From positions 11,904,001 through 11,968,000 of the forward strand of contig JAWMAR010000006.1 of assembly GCA_036785375.1 (NCBI GenBank): a DNA stretch of 64,000 nucleotides, given 5' to 3'. Shown piece after piece: positions 56,901-63,932 of this stretch (positions within the stretch are counted from its first letter, which is position 1; every line of letters begins with the position of its first letter). The stretch is from Leucoraja ocellata. Its lineage: Eukaryota. The notes under the pieces are model-generated. The model did not search any database and was not told the DNA's origin. It saw nothing but the letters and a program-made list of their open reading frames with translations. The position numbers were made by a program, and so were the translations under genes.

Positions 56901-59900
56901 GCCTCCCTTCTATTACAGCTTTCTTCTCCCCCCACCACCCCACAATCTGCCTGAAGAAGGATTTTGAGCTGAAATGTCACCCATTCACGTTCTCCAGTGA
57001 TGCTACCTGACCCACTGAGTTACTCTAGCACTTTGTTTCTTCTAAAAAGCATGCAACCTTTTAATCGGGTATTTTTTTGCCTCTCCTTGAATATTTATCA
57101 GGAGGAAAACCCTTTTTTGAGTGGGTCATACCAGTGAGGCAGTGTGTTTGTGCAAAGGCAGGCTCCGAAGAGCAAGACTGTGAATGAATTTAAGGTTTGC
57201 TTTCTCAGATCCTCTAGGATATCATGCCTGGTTGTCCCCGATCTAAATATGTAAATACCAAAGAACTTGTCTATAAATCAATAGTTACTGTAGATTGGAC
57301 AATTACAATATGAAGAAAAACACCAAGGAATATTTTGATAAGTACCGTCTACATAGAGGCTGTTGCTTTGCAGTTCGTATGGCCCCAGTGAGGAAATGTC
57401 TTTGGTCATCTCGCTAAATTCATCATAAACATCTTCTCGGTTGATGGGTTCCATGGTGGACACATTTTGAAATAAACATTCAGCTGTCACTCTGGTGCTG
57501 TTAACCATTTCCTCTCTGCGATAAAGCAAAAGACATTTGTGATAAGTGTAAAATAATTTAGTGCAAAGTTGTTTGCAATGCCAGCAAGAGCGCAGCTGAA
57601 ATGTTGCCGTGGCTCATTACTGGTGATAAAGCAATGGTCAGAGAAATCTGACTCAATTTGTCCGTCTCTAGCCCATCTATAGCCAGAGGGAGACCATATT
57701 TAAGTTGGAGGAAAATCACCTCATTATCTAATGTGGATTTCGAGCTTAACAACATGAATCATTTTACGTGACGACCTAAAAACTAACTGTATGAACAATG
57801 AGTTGTTCAATTTTACGTGTCAACCTACAAATGCCCTTCTACCCCACAATTTCCTCCCCCACTCTTCCCTGTGCTACACTTGAATATGCACCCATTTTCC
57901 CCTTTTCTCTTCACCCCTTCCCTACCCCCATTCTCCTCCTCCACTATGCTTCCTCAACTTTCATGATTAATTTGACTTCTATGCCTAACTTCCTATATTG
58001 AACCTTTTGTCTTCTCATCAGGATTTTCTGTAACCATTTGCCAATCAACTGCTCCCTCCCCATAACTTGTATCCCCGTATCACTTGCCACACTTTGTCAT
58101 CCCCTTCCCACCTCTCTTGCAGCTTTCTCACCCCTACTGCAATCAGTCTGAAGTAGGGCCCGACCAAAAACTCTGCCAACCCATGTTCTCCAGATTTGCC
58201 GACTGACCCGCTGAGATACTCCAGCACATCGTGTCTTTCTCTGTTAGAATTTATATTGACTTTGCACTGATATTCGTAGGAAATGTGTTTATGAGATTAT
58301 CATCTTTACCATTTGGAATCACTGTGCATTAACAATTTGGAGACAAAGGAATGCAATTTTCATGATTTAATTGGAAATTGTTTTGTGAGTTACCTGAATG
58401 ATTTCACGTCACATTTTAAGAATGTTGCATTGACACTGCTGTTCTCAAACAGGTCTGCGAGCTGGGGGCAAGATAAATTGTGTTAGAATTAGACATAAAA
58501 AGGGGATGAATAAGTAGTATATCAGCAGAAAACTAATTGGTAAACTCTCTCACCTCATTTGCAATCATTTTTGCTGTTTCTGAAGGGTTTGCTTGAATTT
58601 CTTCAATAGACAGATTGTCAACAATGAAAGTCACGTTGTATTTAATGGGATTTGTTACCTCGGTTGGAACTGGAAGTGTGGAAATAGAGTAAGCAATTTA
58701 GCATGTTGTGAGTACCACGATTTTCAAATATGTTTAAAAACTGTTTCCCAGTACTGGATTTCTACAGAGTTTAAGCAACAGATGGAGAAGAACAAATGTA
58801 GCTTAAGACAATTATTTCATGCATTTGATACAAACTCACCATTGACATTGTGCTGTACATTGAAATCTGAAAACAAACAGAGAAATAAAGGTTGAAATTT
58901 AAATGTTTGTGCAAAGGCAGGCTCCGAAGAGCAAGACTGTGAATGAATTTAAGGTTTGCTTTCTCAGATCCTATAGGATATCATGCCTGGTTGTCCCTGA
59001 TCTAAATATGTAAATACCAAAGAGCTTGTCTATAAATCAATAGTTACTGTAGATTGGACAAATACAATATGAAGAAAAACACCAAGGAATATTTTGATAA
59101 GTACCGTCTACATAGAGGCTGTTGCTTTGCAGTTCGTATGGCCCCAGTGAGGAAATGTCTTTGGTCATCTCGCTAAATTCATCATAAACATCTTCTCGGT
59201 TGATGGGTTCCATGGTGGACACATTTTGAAATAAACATTCAGCTGTCACTCTGGTGCTGTTAACCATTTCCTCTCTGCGATAAAGCAAAAGACATTTGTG
59301 ATAAGTGTAAAATAATTTGGTGCAAAGTTGTTTGCAATGCCAGCAAGAGCACAGCTGAAATGTTGCCGTGGCTCATTACTGGTGATAAAGCAATGGTCAG
59401 AGAAATCCGACTCACAACTTGTCCGTCTCCAGCCCATCTATAGTCCGAGGGAGACCATATTTAAGGTGGAGGAAAATCATCTCATTATCTGATGTGTGAA
59501 TTTGGAGCTTAACAATATGAATCATTATACGTGTCAACCTACAAACTAACTGTATGAACAATGAGTTGTTCAATTTTACGTGTCAACCTACAAATGCCCC
59601 TCTACCCCACAAATATTCCCCCACTCTTCCCTGTGCTACACTTGAATGTGCACACATTTTCCACTTTTCCCTTCACTCCTTCCCTACCCCATTCTCCACT
59701 TCCACTATGCTTCCTCAACTTTGATAATTAAGTTGTCTTTTATGCCTAACTCCCTATATTAAACATAGAAACATAGAAAATAGGTGCAGGAGTAGGCCAT
59801 TCGGCCCTTCGAGCCTGCACCGCCATTCAATATGATCATGGCTGATCATCCAACTCAGTATCCTGTTCCTGCCTTCTCTCCATGCCCCCTGATCCCTTTA

Positions 59901-62900
59901 GCCACAAGGGCGACATCTAACTCCATCTTAAATATAGCCAATGAACTGGCCTCAACTATCTTCTGCGGCAGAGAATTCCAGAGATTCACCACTCTCTGTG
60001 TGAATATTGAACCCTTTGTCTTCTCATTTTAGGATTTTCTGTAACCATTTGCCAATCAACTGCTCCCTCCCCATCACTTGTATCCCCGTATCACTTGCCA
60101 CACTTTGTCATCCCCTTCATATCTCTCTTGCAGCTTTCTCACCCCTACTGCAATCAGTCTGAAGTAGGGCCCGACCAAAAACTCTGCCAACCCATGTTCT
60201 CCAGATTTGCCGACTGACCCGCTGAGATACTCCAGCACATCGTGTCTTTTTCTGTTAGAATTTATATTGACTTTGCACTGATATTTGTAGGAAATGTGTT
60301 TATGAGATTATTATCTTTACCATTTGGAATCACTGTGCATTAACAATTTGGAGACAAAGGAATGCAATTTTCATGATTTAATTGGAATTTTTTTTGTGAG
60401 TTACCTGAATGATTTCACGTCACATTTTAAGAATGTTGCATTGACACTGCTGTTCTCAAACAGGTCTGTGAGCTGGGGGCAAGAAAAATGGTGTTAGAAT
60501 TAGACATAAAAAGGGGATGAATAAGTAGTATATCAGCAGAAAACTAGTTGGTAAACTCTCTCACCTCATTTGCAATCATGGTTGCTGTTTCTGAAGGGTT
60601 TGCTTGAATTTCTTCAATAGACAGATTGTCAACAATGAAAGTCACATTGTATTTAATGGGATTTGTTACCTCGGTTGGAACTGGAACTGTGGAAATAGAG
60701 TAAGCAATTTAGCATGTTAAGAGTACCACGATTTTCAAATAGTTTAAAAACTGTTTCCCAGTACTGGAATTCAACAGAGTTTAAGCAACAGATGGAGAAG
60801 AACAAATGTAGCGTAAGCCAATTATTTCAAGCATTTGATACAAACTCACCATTGACATTGTGCTGTCCATTGAAATCTGAAAACAAACAGAGAAATATAG
60901 GTAGAACTTTAAATGTTCAAGTTTAGGCAACCTTTAAAAACCCACCAACCACAACAACACCTGGGCATGCACCTAGTAAACTCCTTCCACTTGCCCTCCA
61001 TCTACATTCCTTTTTCTGGCTTCAAATTTGCAACTCTTCAATCCTTTCCCTCACACTTTATGTTTTTCCGTCTCTGGCCTTTGTCCAACCTTCTGCATAT
61101 CTAAACTCCACCTCACCTGTGTCCACCTATTAATGACGTGCTTTGTACGGCCTCCCTTCTCTTACAGCTTTCTTCTTCTCTCCCCACCACCCCACAATCA
61201 GTCTGAAGAAGGATCTTGAGCTGAAATGTCACCCATTCACGTTCTCCAGTGATGCTGCCTGACCCGCTGAGTTACTCTAGCACTTTGTTTCTTCTAAAAA
61301 AGCATGCAACTTTTTAATGGGGTATTTTTTTCCCTCTCCTTGAATATTTATCAGGAAGAAAATCCTTTTGTGAGTGGGTCATACCAGTGAGGCAGTGTGT
61401 TTGTGCAAAGGCAGGCTCCGAAGAGCAAGACTGTGAATTAATTTAAGGTTTGCTTTCTCAGATCCTATAGGATATCATGCCTGGTTGTCCCCGATCTAAA
61501 TATGTAAATACCAAAGAACTTGTCTATAAATCAATAGTTACTGTAGATTGGACAAATACAATATGAAGGAAAACACCAAGGAATATTTTGATAAGTACCG
61601 TCTACATAGAGGCTGTTGCTTTGCAGTTTGTATGGCCCCAGTGAGGAAATGCCATCGGTCTTCTCGCTAAATATATCATAAACATCTTCTCGGTTGATGG
61701 GTTCCATGGTGGGCACATTTTGAAATAAACATTTAGCTGTCACTCTGCTGCAGGTTACCATTTCCTCTCTGCGATAAAGCAAAAGTCATTTGTGATAAGT
61801 GCAAAAGAATTTAGTGCAAAGTTTTTTGCAATGCCAGCAAGAGCACAGCTGAAATGTTGCCGTGGCTCATTACTGGTGTCTAAGCAATGGTCAGAGAAAT
61901 CCGACTCTCAATTTGTCCGTCTCCAGCCCATCTTCAAGCACGATGTGGCTTCCCATTCTAGGGCATCCATGATGTCGTCTTTCTAGTGTAAATATATATT
62001 AGCCTTGGCTGTTTTAGATGGATCCCTCACCCAAGTCTCCCCTAGATCTGCTCTCACACCACCCTCACCCAGACGGAACAATGATAGAGTTCCCCCCATC
62101 CTCAGTTGACACCCCAACTATTACTAACACCACCTAATGCATTTGCTGCACTTTATGTGGTGTCCTATACGTTAGCAAGACCAAGCAGTATTTACGTGAC
62201 TTTTTCGCCAAACATGTGCGGTCATCCAAGGTCTGCTGGAAATCCTGGTTGAAAAACAATTTATCTCCCTTGAAATTCCCAAACCAATCTGTCTGTCCTG
62301 GGCGTCATCCATTGCAGAGTGAGGCCACACTCAAACTGGAGGAACAGCACCTCATATTTCGAAGAGTAGCATAGATCCTTATGTATTTGTCCCACTTAAG
62401 TGATATTTTCAGTGACTGCCGGCCACTGCCATAGTCGTAGTAGGTCACCGAAAAACCGGCAACTGGACCCCCCTACAACAAAACTTTGCCTCGCCAGCGT
62501 CCACAGAATTGCTGCCTGACAAACTACCAGACTCTAGTACATTGTACCTTTTTCTGGTAGAAGTTATATTAATTCTACATGATATTTGTGGGAAATTTGC
62601 TTATGAGATTAATGCGTGTGCAAATTGGAATTATTGAGTGTTAACAATTGGAAATTAAAGGATGCGGTTTTTATCATTTAATAGGAAAGTTATTTTGAGT
62701 TACCTGAAGGATTCCACAACACATGTCAAGAATGTAGCATTGACATTGCTATTTTTGAACAGGTCGATGAGCTGAAAACAGTAACAATAATTGAGTCAGA
62801 ATGAGAAATAAAAAGGGTACGATGAAGTAAAACATCATCTGTAAACTAACTTGTAAAAAGCTCTCTCACCTCAGATGCAATCATGGTTGCTGTTTGTGAG

Positions 62901-63932
62901 GGGGTGTCTTGAATTTCGTCAATAGACAGGTTGTCAACAATGAATGTCACGTTGTAACTAGTGGGATTTGATTCCTCGACTGGAACTGTGGAAATAGAGG
63001 AATTCATTTAGCATGTTGCATGTACCACGATATTTCAATGGTTTGACAACTGTTTCCCTGTAATGGAATTAGTTGCAGCTGAGCAACAGATCAAAAAGAA
63101 CAAATGTGATCTGAGGCAATTGTTTGATGCATTTGAGTGAAATGTTGCACAAGATGTCGACTGGAAAATTTGTGGGTTGTATCTAGCTTTGGCCGAGAAA
63201 TCTGATTCAAAAATACTTTTGTTAAAAAAAAACCTTGCGAACAGCACAGAGAGTTTTCAATTCATTCATTTCTCAACCAAGATTGTATTTGTGAATAAAG
63301 GGCAAGGCATCATTTCACGAGTTTCAACAAATATTCTTGCAGAATATGGGTGCTGGATGTGTCATGTAAGCAGTGAACAAGCAAAGAAACCGGAAACAAT
63401 TCAATGGAAGCCCAAACTCACCAATGACAATGGGCTGCACTGTGTAACCTGGAAGCAAAGAAAGAAACATATGCTGTTTACAACCAACAGGATCAACTTT
63501 GAGTTTTCCAATTTTAAGTATCCTCGAACAAATTGCACCCTTCCCCACGTCCCTCTCCTGTGCCCCAACTGGCACAAATTTTTCCTCTCTTTAAGTCTCT
63601 TTAAGACTTTAAGATTCACTTTCCCAAAGCCCATTGGACATCAAACCTGATCCTCCTGGATCTGAATATGTAATTACCAAAGGTCTTGACTCCGTCAACA
63701 CCAACGGTAGATGGCAGGAAATAGAATACATAGAAAAAGTTGAGGATTATTTTGATAAGTACCATCAACATAGAGGCTGTCAATTTGCAATGGATATTGT
63801 CCCAGAGTGGTCATCTTATAGGTCCGCTCTCTAAATACATCATAAACCACTTCTTGCTTGATGGGTTCCATGGTGGACACATTTTGGAATGAACAATCAG
63901 CTGTAACTCTGGTGCTGTTAGCCATGACCTCT
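1..63932 (-). CDS. MUC16: Internal part of a very large spliced MUC16/CA125-like tandem SEA-domain glycoprotein gene (26 complete SEA domains plus one partial; no start, stop, signal peptide or TM segment in window)
   Basis: Repeated exon C peptide INREDVYDEFSEMTKDISSLGPYELQSNSLYVD resembles the MUC16 SEA C-terminal motif LNREQLYWELSKLTNDIEELGPYTLDRNSLYVNG (recalled, not searched). Exon A has YNVTFIVDNL (cf. FTLNFTITNL) and exon B has LTDLFENSSV..KC (cf. LKPLFKNTSV..SGC). Two conserved Cys per module. AG/GT boundaries and phases (1-0, 0-2, 2-1, 1-1, 1-1) splice in frame. Orthology to MUC16 is not proven. Confidence 0.8.
160..1560 (-). mobile_element. Decayed CR1/HER1-type LINE, RT and 3' portion, in the M1 D-E intron
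   Basis: Frameshifted ORF pieces carry CR1 ORF2 motifs: DYRPVSLT..VG, SQHGF, VTSDVPQG.LLG.LLFVIHINDL, CEVLHFGKSN, FIQRVVSVWNELPGEVVEAGT. Boundaries approximate. Confidence 0.9.
2500..2585 (-). mobile_element. Short Penelope-like terminal-repeat fragment
   Basis: The reverse strand reads gtctcaacccgaaacgttgcctattccttctctccatagatgctgcctcacccgctgagatcctccagca, the same motif family as the ...gatgctgcctgacccgctgagttactc... segments in the array introns. Family call is from recall. Confidence 0.55.
4036..6183 (-). CDS. SEA module M2
   Basis: A 6183-6068, B 5972-5905, C 4960-4791, D 4687-4673 (in-frame TGA, GC donor), E 4062-4036 (DFTVQHNVN). Confidence 0.85.
5200..5580 (+). mobile_element. Penelope-like (GIY-YIG) retroelement remnant in the B-C intron of M2; copies at about 7850-8220 (M3), 10140-10510 (M4) and 62000-62370 (M26)
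   Basis: Degenerate coding traces such as aagaccaaacagtatctaggtgactttttcgccaaacat (ETKRRLGDRFAEH-like) and gaggccacactcaaactggaggaacagcacctcatatttcg (EATLKLEEQHLIFR) resemble the Penelope GIY-YIG endonuclease C-terminus. Recognised from recall, not searched. Confidence 0.6.
5588..5720. mobile_element. MITE-like fragment with internal inverted repeat; copies at about 8235-8360, 10527-10650 and 62388-62520
   Basis: TTTTCGGTGAC-TGCT ... AGCA-G-GTCACCGAAAA inverted repeat inside a GC-richer patch beginning tgtcccacttaagcga. Found only in M2-M4 and M26. Confidence 0.45.
6353..8826 (-). CDS. SEA module M3
   Basis: A 8826-8711, B 8615-8548, C 7615-7446, D 7342-7328, E 6379-6353. Confidence 0.85.
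6480..6790 (+). mobile_element. Penelope-like 3' end remnant in the D-E intron (representative; present in M2-M26 except M16, M17 and M25)
   Basis: Pyrimidine-rich tract followed by ctgaagaagg...gaaatgtcacccattcacgttctccagtgatgctgcctgacccgctgagttactctagca. Confidence 0.5.
6973..7318 (+). mobile_element. 5'-truncated CR1-type LINE 3' end, unique to M3
   Basis: Interrupts the module consensus ctatagga|tatcatgcc. Encodes TRGHDFRIKEQKFRGNMRGNFFTQRVVAVWNELPVEVVEAG...GRWD* followed by a 3' UTR. Confidence 0.92.
8996..11118 (-). CDS. SEA module M4
   Basis: A 11118-11003, B 10907-10840, C 9909-9740, D 9636-9622, E 9022-8996. Confidence 0.85.
11288..13361 (-). CDS. SEA module M5
   Basis: A 13361-13246, B 13153-13086, C 12203-12034, D 11930-11916, E 11314-11288. 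Confidence 0.85.
12368..12920 (+). mobile_element. Penelope-like remnant in the B-C intron of core modules M5-M25 (representative copy)
   Basis: QRETIFKLEENHLI matches the EATLKLEEQHLIF trace of the M2-type intron. It is followed by a pyrimidine-rich tract and ctgaagtagggcccgaccgaaaac...gactgacccactgagatactccagca. Confidence 0.55.
13531..15597 (-). CDS. SEA module M6
   Basis: A 15597-15482, B 15389-15322, C 14439-14270, D 14166-14152, E 13557-13531. Confidence 0.85.
15767..17833 (-). CDS. SEA module M7
   Basis: A 17833-17718, B 17625-17558, C 16674-16505, D 16400-16386, E 15793-15767. Confidence 0.85.
18003..20549 (-). CDS. SEA module M8
   Basis: A 20549-20434, B 20341-20274, C 18918-18749, D 18645-18631, E 18029-18003. 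Confidence 0.85.
19405..19647 (-). mobile_element. 243-bp CR1/HER1 3' fragment in the B-C intron of M8
   Basis: aaacatagaaacatagaaa tail, reverse-complement match to 45840-46080, flanked by ATATT direct repeat. Confidence 0.9.
20719..23265 (-). CDS. SEA module M9
   Basis: A 23265-23150, B 23057-22990, C 21634-21465, D 21361-21347, E 20745-20719. Confidence 0.85.
22121..22363 (-). mobile_element. CR1/HER1 3' fragment, M9 copy
   Basis: Same element, site and ATATT flanks as 19405-19647. Confidence 0.9.
23435..25982 (-). CDS. SEA module M10
   Basis: A 25982-25867, B 25774-25707, C 24351-24182, D 24078-24064, E 23461-23435. Confidence 0.85.
24838..25080 (-). mobile_element. CR1/HER1 3' fragment, M10 copy
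   Basis: Same element, site and flanks. Confidence 0.9.
26152..28699 (-). CDS. SEA module M11
   Basis: A 28699-28584, B 28491-28424, C 27068-26899, D 26795-26781, E 26178-26152. Confidence 0.85.
27555..27797 (-). mobile_element. CR1/HER1 3' fragment, M11 copy
   Basis: Same element, site and flanks. Confidence 0.9.
28869..30943 (-). CDS. SEA module M12
   Basis: A 30943-30828, B 30735-30668, C 29785-29616, D 29512-29498, E 28895-28869. Confidence 0.85.
31113..33178 (-). CDS. SEA module M13
   Basis: A 33178-33063, B 32970-32903, C 32018-31849, D 31744-31730, E 31139-31113. Confidence 0.85.
33348..35436 (-). CDS. SEA module M14
   Basis: A 35436-35321, B 35228-35161, C 34265-34096, D 33992-33978, E 33374-33348. 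Confidence 0.85.
35605..37666 (-). CDS. SEA module M15
   Basis: A 37666-37551, B 37458-37391, C 36508-36339, D 36235-36221, E 35631-35605. Confidence 0.85.
37837..39677 (-). CDS. SEA module M16 (short D-E intron)
   Basis: A 39677-39562, B 39469-39402, C 38271-38102, D 37998-37984, E 37863-37837. Confidence 0.85.
38758..39000 (-). mobile_element. CR1/HER1 3' fragment, M16 copy
   Basis: Same element, site and flanks. Confidence 0.9.
39848..41688 (-). CDS. SEA module M17 (short D-E intron)
   Basis: A 41688-41573, B 41480-41413, C 40282-40113, D 40009-39995, E 39874-39848. Confidence 0.85.
40769..41011 (-). mobile_element. CR1/HER1 3' fragment, M17 copy
   Basis: Same element, site and flanks. 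Confidence 0.9.
41858..44174 (-). CDS. SEA module M18
   Basis: A 44174-44059, B 43966-43899, C 42769-42600, D 42496-42482, E 41884-41858. Confidence 0.85.
43256..43497 (-). mobile_element. CR1/HER1 3' fragment, M18 copy
   Basis: Same element, site and flanks. Confidence 0.9.
44344..47209 (-). CDS. SEA module M19 (LINE inserted next to the exon C acceptor)
   Basis: A 47209-47094, B 47001-46934, C 45257-45088, D 44984-44970, E 44370-44344. Confidence 0.8.
45288..46080 (+). mobile_element. Young 5'-truncated CR1/HER1-type LINE (793 bp), unique to M19
   Basis: Stop-free ORF2 C-terminus to 45985 (QRDLGVMVHQSLK, LYRVLVRPHLEYCVQFWSP, RRLRGDLIETYKILKG, FFTQRVVNLWNSLP), 3' UTR, (tttctatg)n tail, and putative TAA target duplication at 45285-45287 and 46081-46083. 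Confidence 0.96.
47378..49699 (-). CDS. SEA module M20
   Basis: A 49699-49584, B 49491-49424, C 48294-48125, D 48021-48007, E 47404-47378. Confidence 0.85.
48781..49022 (-). mobile_element. CR1/HER1 3' fragment, M20 copy
   Basis: Same element, site and flanks as 19405-19647. Confidence 0.9.
49869..51943 (-). CDS. SEA module M21
   Basis: A 51943-51828, B 51735-51668, C 50781-50612 (NSTIVT variant), D 50508-50494, E 49895-49869. Confidence 0.85.
52113..54188 (-). CDS. SEA module M22
   Basis: A 54188-54073, B 53980-53913, C 53025-52856 (NSTIVT variant), D 52752-52738, E 52139-52113. Confidence 0.85.
54358..56431 (-). CDS. SEA module M23
   Basis: A 56431-56316, B 56223-56156, C 55272-55103, D 54999-54985, E 54384-54358. 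Confidence 0.85.
56601..58669 (-). CDS. SEA module M24
   Basis: A 58669-58554, B 58461-58394, C 57515-57346, D 57242-57228, E 56627-56601. Confidence 0.85.
58840..60680 (-). CDS. SEA module M25 (short D-E intron)
   Basis: A 60680-60565, B 60472-60405, C 59274-59105, D 59001-58987, E 58866-58840. Confidence 0.85.
59761..60003 (-). mobile_element. CR1/HER1 3' fragment, M25 copy
   Basis: Same element, site and flanks as 19405-19647. Confidence 0.9.
60850..62985 (-). CDS. SEA module M26 (divergent, extra Cys)
   Basis: A 62985-62870 (VPVEESNPTSYNVTFIVDNLSIDEIQDTPSQTATMIASE), B 62771-62704 (LIDLFKNSNVNATFLTCVVESFR), C 61768-61599, D 61495-61481, E 60876-60850. Confidence 0.85.
63422..63932 (-). 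CDS. SEA module M27 (partial, divergent outer type; exons A and B lie beyond the window)
   Basis: C 63932-63763 (EVMANSTRVTADCSFQNVSTMEPIKQEVVYDVFRERTYKMTTLGQYPLQIDSLYVD), D 63661-63647 (DPGGS, GT donor), E 63448-63422 (GYTVQPIVI, donor gtgagt). Confidence 0.85.

Noticed and set aside
6416-61219. Recurrent + strand ORFs (MFKFRQPLKTHQPQQQ..., MQLFNPFP..., MNNELFNF..., MISVKEF...)
   Set aside because: They lie antisense in introns and TE remnants, frameshift freely between copies, and the MFKFRQ/MQLFNP region is deleted in M16, M17 and M25. They recur only because the unit is repeated.
63035-63834. Overlapping ORFs of 66-157 aa near the right edge
   Set aside because: No recognisable motifs. 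The region is explained as introns plus exons D and E of M27.
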